Part shown: positions 1 through 10,000 of the stretch, piece after piece
Layout: each line of letters starts with the position of its first letter
Numbering within the stretch: position 1 is the stretch's first letter
Origin: Thermodesulfobacteriota bacterium
GTDB taxonomy: Bacteria; Desulfobacterota; Desulfarculia; JACQYL01
Length of the DNA stretch: 64,000 bases
Direction: 5' to 3'
Assembly: GCA_963675595.2 (NCBI GenBank)
Contig: CAXXLZ010000002.1
Location: 4,512,001 to 4,576,000, forward strand
Translations under genes and position numbers: made by a program
Notes under the pieces: model-generated
Databases searched by the model: none
Told to the model about the DNA's origin: nothing
What the model saw: only the letters and a program-made list of their open reading frames with translations

Positions 1-20
1 GCGCCTATTTGCGTGGTGTG

Positions 21-86
21 CCGCCGGGGGACCAATGGCCCCCCGGACCCCCTTTGCGCTTCTGCGAATCGCGTACGCGATTCGCA
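21..86. repeat. Intergenic hairpin element (family A-related) ending in a perfect 24-bp palindrome
   Basis: CCGGGGGACCAATGGCCCCCCGG hairpin followed by ACCCCCTTT. TGCGAATCGCGTACGCGATTCGCA (63-86) is its own reverse complement. Confidence 0.55.
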
Positions 87-305
87 TAACGAGCAGCATG
101 TGACCGTCCAACGTATTAAAATGCCAACGGTTTTTGGGAGGGTTCCCTCGGATGCCCCTCTGAATGCTCGCAGTCGTAGTACCCCTGTGAATATGTACGA
201 TTGGTGAGGCGTCTGCTTGCCGATGTCGCCTCAAAGCGAAATGCACATACGAATCCCGGTCATTCGCATCGAGAATCGGAATACGGACAACCAAGGAGGA
301 ACGTC

Positions 306-1298
306 ATGAAGCGACCGTCGGTATGGCTGTGCGCAGCGCTTTTGCTGATGAGCTTTGTCTTTTCGCCGAACCCGATGCCGGTTCAAGCCGAAACCCGCTT
401 TGCGGCCATCGGCACCGGAGCCGTGACCGGGGTCTACTATCCCACCGGACTCGCCATCGCCAAAATCGTCAACGAGAAGCGCAGGACCTATGGCCTCCGC
501 TGTTCGGTGGAGTCCACGGGCGGCAGCGTATTCAATGTGAACGCAGTGATGTCCGGAGACCTGGAATTCGGCATCGTGCAGTCCGACCGACAGTATCAGG
601 CGGTCCACGGCACGGCGGAATGGACGGACATGGGGCCCCAAAAGGGATTGCGCGCGGTCTTTGCCATTCATTCCGAGTCCCACGTGCTTTGCGCGTCGGA
701 GAACAGCGGCATCGGGACGGTCCCCGACCTCAAGGGAAAAGCCGTGGCCGTGGGGAATCCCGGCTCCGGCCAGCGGGGGAACTTCATCGATATGTTGAGC
801 GAGTACGGCATGACCTACGACGACCTGGGACGCGCGGAAGGCTTGAAGGCGTCCGAGTCCTCCAAGCTGCTGCAGGACGGCCGCATCGACGCCTTTGTCT
901 ATACCGTGGGCCATCCCAGCGCATTTTTCAAGGAAGCCACTGCAGGACGCATCAAGGTGCGCTTCATCCCCTTCGACCGGGACAAGATCGCGGCGCTGAT
1001 CAAGCGGCACCCCTACTATGTGCCGGCGGAAATCCCCATGGAGTATTATCCCGGCGCTCTCAACAAGGAACGGTTCGTGCCCACTTTTGCGGTGAAGGCT
1101 ACTCTGGTGACCCGGGACGACGTGCCCGAGGACATGGTGTATGCCGTGACCAAGGAAGTGTTCGAACACTTCGAAGACTTCAAGAAGCTGCATCCGGCCT
1201 ACGAACACCTGACCAAAGAAGGTATGCTTCAAGGCATGACCGCCCCCATCCATCCCGGAGCGCTGAAATATTACAGGGAAGCGGGACTGATGGAATAG
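306..1298 (+). CDS. TAXI-family TRAP transporter solute-binding protein
   Basis: AAGGAGGA RBS before ATG 306; signal peptide; motifs IGTGAVTGVYYP, STGGSVFN, GNPGSG and PIHPGA typical of TAXI proteins. Confidence 0.92.
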   Translation: MKRPSVWLCAALLLMSFVFSPNPMPVQAETRFAAIGTGAVTGVYYPTGLAIAKIVNEKRRTYGLRCSVESTGGSVFNVNAVMSGDLEFGIVQSDRQYQAVHGTAEWTDMGPQKGLRAVFAIHSESHVLCASENSGIGTVPDLKGKAVAVGNPGSGQRGNFIDMLSEYGMTYDDLGRAEGLKASESSKLLQDGRIDAFVYTVGHPSAFFKEATAGRIKVRFIPFDRDKIAALIKRHPYYVPAEIPMEYYPGALNKERFVPTFAVKATLVTRDDVPEDMVYAVTKEVFEHFEDFKKLHPAYEHLTKEGMLQGMTAPIHPGALKYYREAGLME

Positions 1299-1323
1299 GG
1301 TGTGTCCGCGTTAATTCAGGATA

Positions 1324-1370
1324 TTGGGGGGTGCTTTGAAAAGCACCCCCCAAGCCCCCCGCAAACTTCC
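1324..1370 (+). repeat. Family A intergenic hairpin repeat (partial)
   Basis: TTGGGGGGTGCTTT-GA-AAAGCACCCCCCAA followed by GCCCCCCGCAAACTT, the same layout as the copies at 21051, 26016 and 27248. Confidence 0.75.
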
Positions 1371-1532
1371 TAAGTGTGGCCGCACCGCTTATGGGGGAGC
1401 GTCCTCCGGGGTGATGAGAAGACTCGGAGCCGGTCTGCAAGTTCACCTTGCATGATCCAAACAAGGTGGGACTCCGCCTCGACCTTTGACCGCACGATCT
1501 TGACAAAAACCGCCGTCTGCGGCGGATATGTT

Positions 1533-1558
1533 GTAGGGGCAGGCCATAGTGCCTGCCC
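1533..1558 (+). repeat. GTAG-type REP-like palindrome
   Basis: GTAG followed by the GGGCAGGC...GCCTGCCC hairpin; similar units at 21275 and 26330. Confidence 0.65.
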
Positions 1559-1596
1559 GAGGAGCCGGCCGAAGGCCGACCTTCCATCAGACTCTT

Positions 1597-1658
1597 ATGT
1601 ACGCCTCCACTCCTCGGGATACGCACGCCTTGCCTCTCATCGTTTTTCGACAGTCTGC
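1597..1658 (+). repeat. 3' half of a family B MITE-like element
   Basis: ATGTACGCCTCCACTCCTCGGGATACGCACGCCTTGC...ATCGTTTTTCGACAGTCTGC aligns with the 3' halves of 23711-23835 and 32505-32654. Confidence 0.7.
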
Positions 1659-1666
1659 CGTTTTGC

Positions 1667-2740
1667 TCATGCGCCCGCCCCCGGCCGCTTCCTCGCCACC
1701 CACAACAGATGCTGGCCCAGGTGACGGATCAGGGGCAACTTCTGTAGGATACTTTCCACAGGCGCTACTGCGGCGCGGATCATCTCGGGCCGGTTTTGGG
1801 CCAGAAATTCCACCACGAGGAAGGGAAAGAATTCGATTTCGAAGCTGCCGCGCCACACCGTGTCGAATCCCGCTTCGTCCAGCAGGATTTCCAGTTGCCG
1901 GTGAGAGAAATGATAATGCATGCCGTAGGCGGGTTCGGGGTTCCGACGGTTGTATTCGAATTGGGCGTGCAGGTTGTGGTAGGGCGGCAAAAACAGGTCG
2001 TCGGCCAGGCTCAGGCATTTCTCCAGAAAAACGAACGGGTTGCAGGTGTAGTTGAGATCGTGACGGCTGGGCGTGCTGAGGACCAGCAGGCCCCCGTCCC
2101 GTAGCAGGTCGGAGCAGGCTTTGAGGGCGGCGGACGGGTCCACCACGTGTTCCAGGACTTCGGTCATGAGCATGCCGTCGAAGGAGGCGGGGCCAAAGGG
2201 CGGCCGCGTCGCGTCACCGCAAACGAAGGAAAGGCCCGCCGGGGTGTCCTCGCCGGCGTATCGTTTCGTCGCCTCCATGAGTTTGAGATCGTCCAGTTCG
2301 AGCCCCACCACGGTGCCGGGATGCTCCCGGGCCATGTAAATCGTGTTCTTTCCGAATCCACAGCCCAGGTCCAGCCGACGCGGGCAATCGCCGATCCATT
2401 GGGACACCAGGGCCTGAACGCGTTCGTACCGGTAATGGTAATAATGGCGATCCAGGGGGGACCTCAACAGTGCCCGTTTTTCCGGGGTGTTGAAGTCGTC
2501 CCGCAGGGTGTAGGTTCGTTCGAGGTTTCGGATGTGTTCCGTGGTCATGCTTTCGCGGATGGGTTCGGAAGCGGCCGCGTCGAGCCGGGCCTCCCGTCGA
2601 TGATACAGATACAGGAGTCCGAAAATGAGGACGGTCGCCCGGAACACGGTTCCGGTATGGAGCAGGACTAGGTCGGCGACCAGGGCCGCGAGGAGGACAA
2701 ATTCGATTCCGTGTTTTCTGAGCCGCTTGGATACCTTCAT
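1667..2740 (-). CDS. Class I SAM-dependent methyltransferase with an N-terminal membrane anchor
   Basis: LDLGCGFG motif I, GDA and EVLEHV motifs; two hydrophobic segments in the first ~45 aa. Confidence 0.85.
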   Translation of the reverse strand: MKVSKRLRKHGIEFVLLAALVADLVLLHTGTVFRATVLIFGLLYLYHRREARLDAAASEPIRESMTTEHIRNLERTYTLRDDFNTPEKRALLRSPLDRHYYHYRYERVQALVSQWIGDCPRRLDLGCGFGKNTIYMAREHPGTVVGLELDDLKLMEATKRYAGEDTPAGLSFVCGDATRPPFGPASFDGMLMTEVLEHVVDPSAALKACSDLLRDGGLLVLSTPSRHDLNYTCNPFVFLEKCLSLADDLFLPPYHNLHAQFEYNRRNPEPAYGMHYHFSHRQLEILLDEAGFDTVWRGSFEIEFFPFLVVEFLAQNRPEMIRAAVAPVESILQKLPLIRHLGQHLLWVARKRPGAGA

Positions 2741-2744
2741 GGGC

Positions 2745-3539
2745 CTATTCCGACATTTTCAAGAGGACGCCGGTCTGTTTCGCCCGGTTCAGGGCCCGAA
2801 AGAGGGCGGCCAGGGAAAGTCCCAGGTAGAGGAGGGCCAGCAGATATCCGTACAACAAGGGAGATCGGCTGCCGGCCTCAAATCCGTAGAAGGAGCGGAA
2901 ATACTCGAGGAAATGGGTCAGGGGAATCCATGCGGAAAGGACCTGTAGAGGTCGCGGCAATACATCCACGGGATAGTAGATTCCACTGAGAAGTATGAGC
3001 AGACTCACGATGGACGTGGCTCCCACGTGGGATCGGCCCCCGAAGCGGAAGGAGAGGGCGCAGACCGTCACGCCCACGGAAACGGCCGTGAGCACCAGGC
3101 CGCCGTAAAAAAGGACCGGGCAAAGGAAATCCCCTCGGGGCAACCGAAAACCGAAGGCGTACCGGCTGAAAATCGACAGGGCCGCGAAGATCAGCGCCGA
3201 ATGAATGATCCCCATGAGCGACGAGCCGGTGATGAGGTGCGGGATGCCTACCGGAGCGGCCATCTCCTGTTTCAGGCTCTTGTTCCACACGCTGTACAGA
3301 ATCACATAGGAAATATCGAGCTGGGCCACCTGCACCACGCTGAGGGCGATGACTCCGATGAGAACGAAGGCGATCATGTCCTCGGACAGGGACAGGAAGC
3401 GGGTGAGCAGGCCCACGGACAGCAGCGCCGTGGCGGGCCAGAAAAGAATTTCGAAGATGTGGAAAAGCCGCTTCTTGGTGATCAGCCGAATCTTGAAGAA
3501 GAAGGCGTTAATCCGGATCAGATGAGTTTGCAAGCGCAA
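2745..3539 (-). CDS. ABC-2 type exporter permease
   Basis: Multi-TM protein with LSGIYYPVDVLPRPLQVLSAWIPLTH, an ABC-2 signature. Likely TTG start near 3539 overlaps the ATPase end. Confidence 0.85.
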   Translation of the reverse strand: MRLQTHLIRINAFFFKIRLITKKRLFHIFEILFWPATALLSVGLLTRFLSLSEDMIAFVLIGVIALSVVQVAQLDISYVILYSVWNKSLKQEMAAPVGIPHLITGSSLMGIIHSALIFAALSIFSRYAFGFRLPRGDFLCPVLFYGGLVLTAVSVGVTVCALSFRFGGRSHVGATSIVSLLILLSGIYYPVDVLPRPLQVLSAWIPLTHFLEYFRSFYGFEAGSRSPLLYGYLLALLYLGLSLAALFRALNRAKQTGVLLKMSE

Positions 3540-4458
3540 GAAACACGTCTCCAAGAGTGGGTTGGGTGATTTCCACATGGTCCACGGACCCGCCGCTTTT
3601 GAGCACGGCGTCGAGAATGGCTCCCAAAAGCCCTTGCCGGTCGCTGAGGCCACATTCGAGAAGCCCTTCTTCCATGCGGATCCGGGAAACTCCGGGCAGG
3701 GCTTCCACGGGACCGGACGCCGCGACCAGACCTCGCCCACGGATGGTCAGCCGTTCCTGAAAGCCGATACTCTTCTTGAGGTCTTCCGCTTTTCCTCGAC
3801 GTACGAACCGGCCTTCCTTCATAAAGGCGATTTGTTCGCTTAATTGTTCCGCTTCGTCCATCTGGTGCGTGGTGAGGATGATGGTGACGCCTCGGGCACG
3901 GCTCCAATCGCGGATTCGAGATCGAATCAGCAGACAGGCTTTGGGGTCCAGACCCACGGTAGGCTCGTCCAAGAAGAGCAGTTCCGGATCGTTGATAAGG
4001 GACTTGGCCAGGGCGAGACGCTGCTTGATGCCTGTGGAAAGCTTGTTGAAAGGCGTGCGGGCATAGGGCTCCAATTCGAAAAAGGCAATGAGCTCCCGCG
4101 TCCTTTCCTGTCTTCTCGCACGAGGGATTCCATACAGCATGCCGAAATAGGTCAGGTTCTCCTCCACGGTGAAATTGTCCGGAAAATTGGCGTGTCCGCT
4201 CGCGAGATTCACTCTGGAGCGTATTTTTCCGGTTTGCGTGAGGAGGTCCAGGCCGCACACCGACCCGCCCCCGGCGTCCGGGATGAGCAGTCCGCACAAA
4301 AGGGAGATGAGCGTGGTCTTGCCGGCTCCATTGGGTCCCAGGATGCAGAACGTGGAACCCGCCGGCACCGTCAGGTTGATGCCTTTCAGGGCTCGGACGG
4401 CCGGATTGCCGGGGTAGATTTTTTCAATGTCCCGGATGTCGACTGCCGGAGGCGGCAT
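3508..4458 (-). CDS. ABC exporter ATP-binding protein (DrrA/CcmA-like)
   Basis: Walker A GPNGAGKTT, signature LSTGIKQ, Walker B LFLDEPT, C-terminal PTLGDVF. Confidence 0.92.
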   Translation of the reverse strand: MPPPAVDIRDIEKIYPGNPAVRALKGINLTVPAGSTFCILGPNGAGKTTLISLLCGLLIPDAGGGSVCGLDLLTQTGKIRSRVNLASGHANFPDNFTVEENLTYFGMLYGIPRARRQERTRELIAFFELEPYARTPFNKLSTGIKQRLALAKSLINDPELLFLDEPTVGLDPKACLLIRSRIRDWSRARGVTIILTTHQMDEAEQLSEQIAFMKEGRFVRRGKAEDLKKSIGFQERLTIRGRGLVAASGPVEALPGVSRIRMEEGLLECGLSDRQGLLGAILDAVLKSGGSVDHVEITQPTLGDVFLALANSSDPD

Positions 4459-4544
4459 GGTTGAAGGCTTCCGTGCGGGTGAACAGGCAACGAGCCGCAC
4501 GAATCCGTGATCGGCGTCGTTGCCCTCAAATGGCCGGGGTGCCG

Positions 4545-5993
4545 TTACCGGATGGTGTATTGGTCCAAATCGACTTCTTTGAATTCCACCCGCTCGAAAC
4601 GTTCGGTTCTCGGGTAGGGCGCGGTGGCGTCCATGCCGATTTTCGTGACCGTTCCCCCTTTGCCGTCCGGGTTGATCCGGACCATGGGGTTGAGGATGTG
4701 ACCCCACTGGTCTTTCATCACCATGAGGTCCGTGTCGGGATTGAAGCGGGTGGTGAGGGCCCAGTTCACGTCGATGGGATCATACAGGTTCACGTCCGTG
4801 TCCACGGCGACGACTCGCTGCAGGGGTTTGAACGCTTCGAACGCGGCCATGATCGCCTTGCGGCCCACGTCCTCGCCGTTCTTGTCCACCTGCACCACGG
4901 CGCCGTAGAAACCGCACCCACCCGGCGTCAGGTAGACGGCTTGTAGCTGAGGAATCTGCTTTTTGACGGTGCCGAAGATTTTGGCTTCAGCGGTAAAGCC
5001 CACGGCGTTCCACACTTCCTGTCCGGACAACAGACTGTGGAAAATCGGGTTCTTGCGGTGGGTGATTGCCTTCACCTTCATGACCCAACGTTGGGCCCGT
5101 TCGGCATAGTATCCGGTCACTTCCGCGAAGGGACCTTCCTCCTCGCGTACGTTGGGAAGGATTTCGGCTTCGATGACGAATTGAGCATCCGCGTAGGCCG
5201 GCACGTCCACGGTTTGAGCCTTGATGAAATTGATGGGCCGTCCCACCAACTGATTGGCGATGCCGTACTTGCCGTCCCCTTGTCTCGGGATGGCGGAAAC
5301 GATCCAGGGCGCCAATCCCACCCCGTTGTTGATGGTCACCTCCAAGGGTTCGTTGCGTTTTTCCATGATTTCGAGATACGCGCCCAGGTGTCGACCGGGG
5401 TCGATGAGGAAGGTAAGGCGGTCTTTGCCGGTGATCATGATCCGATGAATGGAAATGTTGGGAACGCCCGTCTCCGGATTCTTCACCACCACGACGGAGC
5501 TGTCGAAATAACGGCCGCCGTCCTTGAGCGCATGGACGGGAACGGGAAGTTTGTACAGGTCCACTTCCGGCTCAACGACCTCGTTGGCGGGACCTTTCTC
5601 CAGGATGGGCGAGGGAAAGGCTTCTTTATTCCGGTGCCACGGACCGATGGCCGACGCGATGACAAAAGGAACTTGTTCTTTGGACACTCCGAAAAGATCG
5701 CCCACAATGTTGCGGTTCCAGAGCAGGCCCATGAACACCGGATATTCGCTGCCTTTGACGTGTTCAAAGAGAATGCATTTCTTGCCTTCATACTTTTTGG
5801 CGATGCCGGCGAGTTCGTATTCGGGGTTCACTTCGGAAACGACCCGCACCAGGTTGCCGGTTTCTTCGAGATGGGAGATGCACGCGGACAGGTCCACCAG
5901 TCGCTGCGCCGCTTCCTCGGAAACGGCCGGAGCGGCGACGGCCGCGGCCGTCAAAGTCAGGCAAAGCAATAGGGCAAGGGTAAGTCTCATCAT
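4545..5993 (-). CDS. UbiD-family prFMN-dependent (de)carboxylase with a predicted N-terminal signal peptide
   Basis: NISIHR, GRH, EGPFAEVTGY, VDTDVN and WALTTR motifs; GAAAGGAA RBS before ATGATG; N-terminus MMRLTLALLLCLTLTAAAVA-APA. Confidence 0.92.
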   Translation of the reverse strand: MMRLTLALLLCLTLTAAAVAAPAVSEEAAQRLVDLSACISHLEETGNLVRVVSEVNPEYELAGIAKKYEGKKCILFEHVKGSEYPVFMGLLWNRNIVGDLFGVSKEQVPFVIASAIGPWHRNKEAFPSPILEKGPANEVVEPEVDLYKLPVPVHALKDGGRYFDSSVVVVKNPETGVPNISIHRIMITGKDRLTFLIDPGRHLGAYLEIMEKRNEPLEVTINNGVGLAPWIVSAIPRQGDGKYGIANQLVGRPINFIKAQTVDVPAYADAQFVIEAEILPNVREEEGPFAEVTGYYAERAQRWVMKVKAITHRKNPIFHSLLSGQEVWNAVGFTAEAKIFGTVKKQIPQLQAVYLTPGGCGFYGAVVQVDKNGEDVGRKAIMAAFEAFKPLQRVVAVDTDVNLYDPIDVNWALTTRFNPDTDLMVMKDQWGHILNPMVRINPDGKGGTVTKIGMDATAPYPRTERFERVEFKEVDLDQYTIR

Positions 5994-6201
5994 GATCGGT
6001 TTCCTTTCCACGGTTTTCGTTGGGATGTTGCTTCGCCGGTCCAACGCCGGGCAATTCATTTCACGGGGAAAGAAGCTTCGGGCGCTCCTTCGGAAGGCGC
6101 TCGGAGGTTCCAGGATCTTGCGGCCCCTGCATGAACGGAGCGGATCCATGGTCGGCGATGCGGTCCTTATCGGGGAACCGGACAACGCCCTCCCGAAACC
6201 C

Positions 6202-6777
6202 CTATCGGTTTTCTCCCCACCGTTGAAACAATCGGTGCGGTATGTGGAAACAGTCCAATACCTTACCGATGGTCTGCGCGATGATGTCCTCGATGGTTTG
6301 GGGCCCGTGATAGAAGGCGGGTAGAGGCGGCAGGATGGTCGCGCCGTTGCGGGCGGCTTTCAGCATGAGTTCCAGATGGCCCTGATGCAGAGGCGTTTCC
6401 CGCACCACCAGGACCAGGGGACGACGTTCCTTCAGGGTGACGTCCGCCGCCCGGACGATGAGGTTCTCGTTGTACGAATGCGCAACGGCCGAAAGGGTCT
6501 TGATCGTGCAGGGGATGACCGCCATGCCCATGGTGAGAAACGAGCCGCTGGATACGGCCGCGGCAAGGTCCTGATTCCGGTGAACGACGCCGGCGCAGGA
6601 TTCCACCTCTTCGATGGACACCTTGGTTTCCAGGAGGAAGTTCTTTCGGGCCGCTTCGGTCATGATGAGATGCGTTTCGTAGTCGAGCCGCTTCAGGGCT
6701 TTGAGCAGTTCGAAACCGTAGATGACCCCGCTGGCGCCGGATATGCCCACTACGATCCGTCTGATCGCATCATTCAT
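6202..6777 (-). CDS. ubiX: UbiX flavin prenyltransferase
   Basis: IVVGISGASG, SSGS, PCT, RAADVTLKERRPLVLVVRETP and PAFY motifs. Confidence 0.95.
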   Translation of the reverse strand: MNDAIRRIVVGISGASGVIYGFELLKALKRLDYETHLIMTEAARKNFLLETKVSIEEVESCAGVVHRNQDLAAAVSSGSFLTMGMAVIPCTIKTLSAVAHSYNENLIVRAADVTLKERRPLVLVVRETPLHQGHLELMLKAARNGATILPPLPAFYHGPQTIEDIIAQTIGKVLDCFHIPHRLFQRWGENR

Positions 6778-7058
6778 GATTGTGCTCGTCTGAACGAAGT
6801 TCGAGGTAAACCGGATGTGGCACAAGTAGGGCCGGACTTTAGTGTAGCGGGTTCGAGAAATCAAGACACAATCGGTTTGGGTCCAAGCGCCCGGGAGGAG
6901 CTGTGGTTCGGTCCGGGAAAGGGAACGTCGTAAGGCGTGCATGGCGGTTGGAGTGCGGCCGCCGGTGAGGCTCGGCTTCTCCCCGTGATCCGACGAAACG
7001 CAGGAGTGCTCGTCGCACGCGGCCGATTCGAGTCGGCATGCTCGAGCCCAGCCCTCCC

Positions 7059-10000
7059 CTATGGGGACTTTCCATCCGGAGGCAGGGAAGCGTCGGGCTC
7101 GCTACCTTTCAAGGCCTGACGTACTTTGTCCGCCAATATCTCGATGGTGAATGGTTTCTGAAGGAAATGGACACCTTCCTCCAAAATACCGCGATCGGCG
7201 ATGACATTGTTGGTGTAGCCGGACATGAACAAGCATTTCATCTCGGCTTTCAATGCCGTGAGTGCGCGGGCCAATTGGCGCCCGTTCATTTCCGGCATCA
7301 CCACGTCCGTGATCAGCAGATGGATGGGGCCTTCGTGGGATGCGGCCAGCTCCACGGCCTTCTTGGGTGTCCGTGAAGTGAACACGGTATATCCCAATCT
7401 CTCCAACATGGCTTTCGTCAGTGACAGAATCATTTCTTCGTCTTCCACGATGAGCACGGTTTCAAACCCTCCCTGCAGAACCTGCTCCTTGCTCTCCGGT
7501 ATCGCATCCACAGGTTGGTCTTCCACTGCCGGGAGATAAATCTTGAAAGTCGTGCCGATTCCGGGTTCGCTGTAGACGTTGATGAACCCGTCGTTTTGTC
7601 TCACAATGCCGTAAACCGTGGCCAGCCCCAGGCCTGTTCCCCGGCCGATGTCTTTGGTGGTAAAGAAGGGTTCGAACACCCGGGCCAGTGTCTCCTCGTC
7701 CATTCCGCAACCGTCATCGCTGAATCCCAACATAACGTAACGGCCCGGCACGAATTCCGCATGATCGGCGCCATAAGTCTCGTCCAGCAGCACATTCGAG
7801 GACTCGATGGTGACCTTGCCTACGCCGCCGATGGCGTCTCTCGCGTTGACCGCAAGATTGGCCAGGAGCTGATCCATTTGGGAGGGATCGATACTCACAT
7901 TCCAGAGATCGGCGGCCGGCTTCCATTCCAGTTCGACGTCTTCGCCGATGAGGCGGCGGAGCATCTCGAACATTCCCATGACGGTGCTGTTGACATCCAG
8001 TCTGATCGGCCTGACGGTTTGTTTGCGTGCGAAGGCCAGCAATTGTCGGGTCAACCCGGCCGAGCGTTCGGCGGCTCTTCGGATTTCCGTCAGGTGACTC
8101 TTGAGGTGGGGCTCGGAATCAGCTTCCAGGAGCCCGATCTGGGCATGACCCAGGATGACGCCCAGCATGTTGTTGAAATCATGCGCGACCCCGCCCGCCA
8201 GACGACCTACGGACTCGAGCTTTTGGGCTTGGCGCAACTGTGTCTCCAAATGCTTCTGCGTCGCCTCTCTGCGCCGTTGCTCGGTGACGTCCAAATGGAG
8301 ACCGATGCACTTAACCGGATTTCCCTCGTCATCGAATTCGAATCTGGATTGCGATTGCCAGATTCGCTCTTCTCCGTCGGGCAGAACGATCCGGAATTCC
8401 ACAGGCCAATTTCGTTGCTGTTCGATCATTTGTCGAATTTCTTCCTGCATCCTTGGAAAGTCGTCCGGATGCACGAGTTCCCGCATGTTCTCGAACAGTC
8501 GCGCGGAAATTTCTCCGGGTTTTCTCCCGGCCAGGGCGAACATGTTCCGGGAGAACTCCAAGGTATCCGATTTGACATCCCAGCGGTACGAGCCCATGCC
8601 GGCGATTTCCTGGGCGTCGTTTAAAATGGCTTCGCTGTCCCGGAGGTCCTCTTCGGCTCGTTTGCGGTCGGTGATGTCCAGCAAATTGCTGAGGATGTAT
8701 CTTTCGCTGTCGATCTCGAATAACTCAAAATATCCGAGGGCATATCCTTCTTGGCCCGACGAGGTGACGAATTTCATCTCCCGACCCCTCAGGCTTCCTT
8801 TGGCAACGACGGTTTCGATGACGTGCCTTCTCAACTCAGGATCGGCCCAGAGACCGAAATCCGTGGCGGGACGACCCAGGAGCTGCTCCCGTGGATAACC
8901 GACCGTGTCCGCAAAGGCCTGATTCAGATCGATCAACGTTCCGTCCTTGAGTCGGGTGAAGCTCGAGGGGATGGGGCTCAGGTGAAACAGGTTTCTGAAG
9001 AGGTCCTTGGCCTTGGCCGTTTCGGCCTCGGCACGTTTCCGTTCCGTGATGTTCCGAACGAACGCCATGGTCCCTTTTTGTCCTTCAAAATCAAGGGACA
9101 CCGCCGAGACTTCCACGTCCACCTCGGCGCCGTCCAGCGTCAGATATTTCTCCTCCAATAAAGGAACGGACCGTCGGCCTCGGTTCAGTTCTTTGATTCG
9201 GCGTTGTATGACGTCGCGGGATTCGGGATGCAAGCGTTCCATAACGGGCTTGCCGATCAAATCGGTCTGAGACGAGGCTCCAAAGAGCTTCAGCGCAGCG
9301 GGGTTTGCATAAGCGAATCGGTAATTCCTCGCTATGTAGATGGCGTCGGGGGCATTTTCGACCACCAGGCGAAAGCGTTCTTCGCTTTCCTTCAGCTGTG
9401 CCGTCCGCTCCTCCAGCAAATCTTCGACGCGGAGAAGGGCGCGTTCCCTGCGTGCTCCTTCGCACAAGCGAATCAGGTAGTCGGTCTCGAAAGGTTTCCT
9501 CAGGTACGCGGCCGCGCCGTTCTTCATCCATTCCAGGGCCAGCTCGGGACGGGGATCGTTGGTCATCATGAGGACCACGCAATCGGGCCGAATTTTCTTG
9601 AACTTGACCAGGAGAACATCTCCCAGGACGTCTGGAAGGTGATAATCCAGGATGACGACATCGGGAGGAGCGATATTGAATCTGAGCTCGGCTTCCTCAC
9701 CGGATAGAGCCGTGTCGGCCGTGTAGCCGTGGTCTTCCATCGCTCTTTTCAGAAATCCGGCGAGCGTCTTGCTGTCCTCCACAATAAGAGCGCGAGGCAT
9801 CCGTATATGAGGTTGCGCGGTGAGCAGAGACCGAACTTTGGAGATGAGGGAGTCGGGGTCCACGGGCAGACCCAGAAAGCCGTCGGCTCCGACCTCCTCC
9901 GTGATGCGGGCGGCCTCTTCCCCCGTGTAGGTGGCCGAGACGATCAGTATGGGGACAAGATTGAACCTGCTGAATTCCGCTGAGCGAAGCAGGCGGCAGA

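Noticed and set aside
5994-6185. 64-aa N-terminal extension of the UbiD ORF in the ORF track
   Set aside because: No RBS at 6185 and low-complexity sequence, whereas ATG 5993 has a GAAAGGAA RBS. If the extension were real, the signal peptide would instead be an internal anchor.
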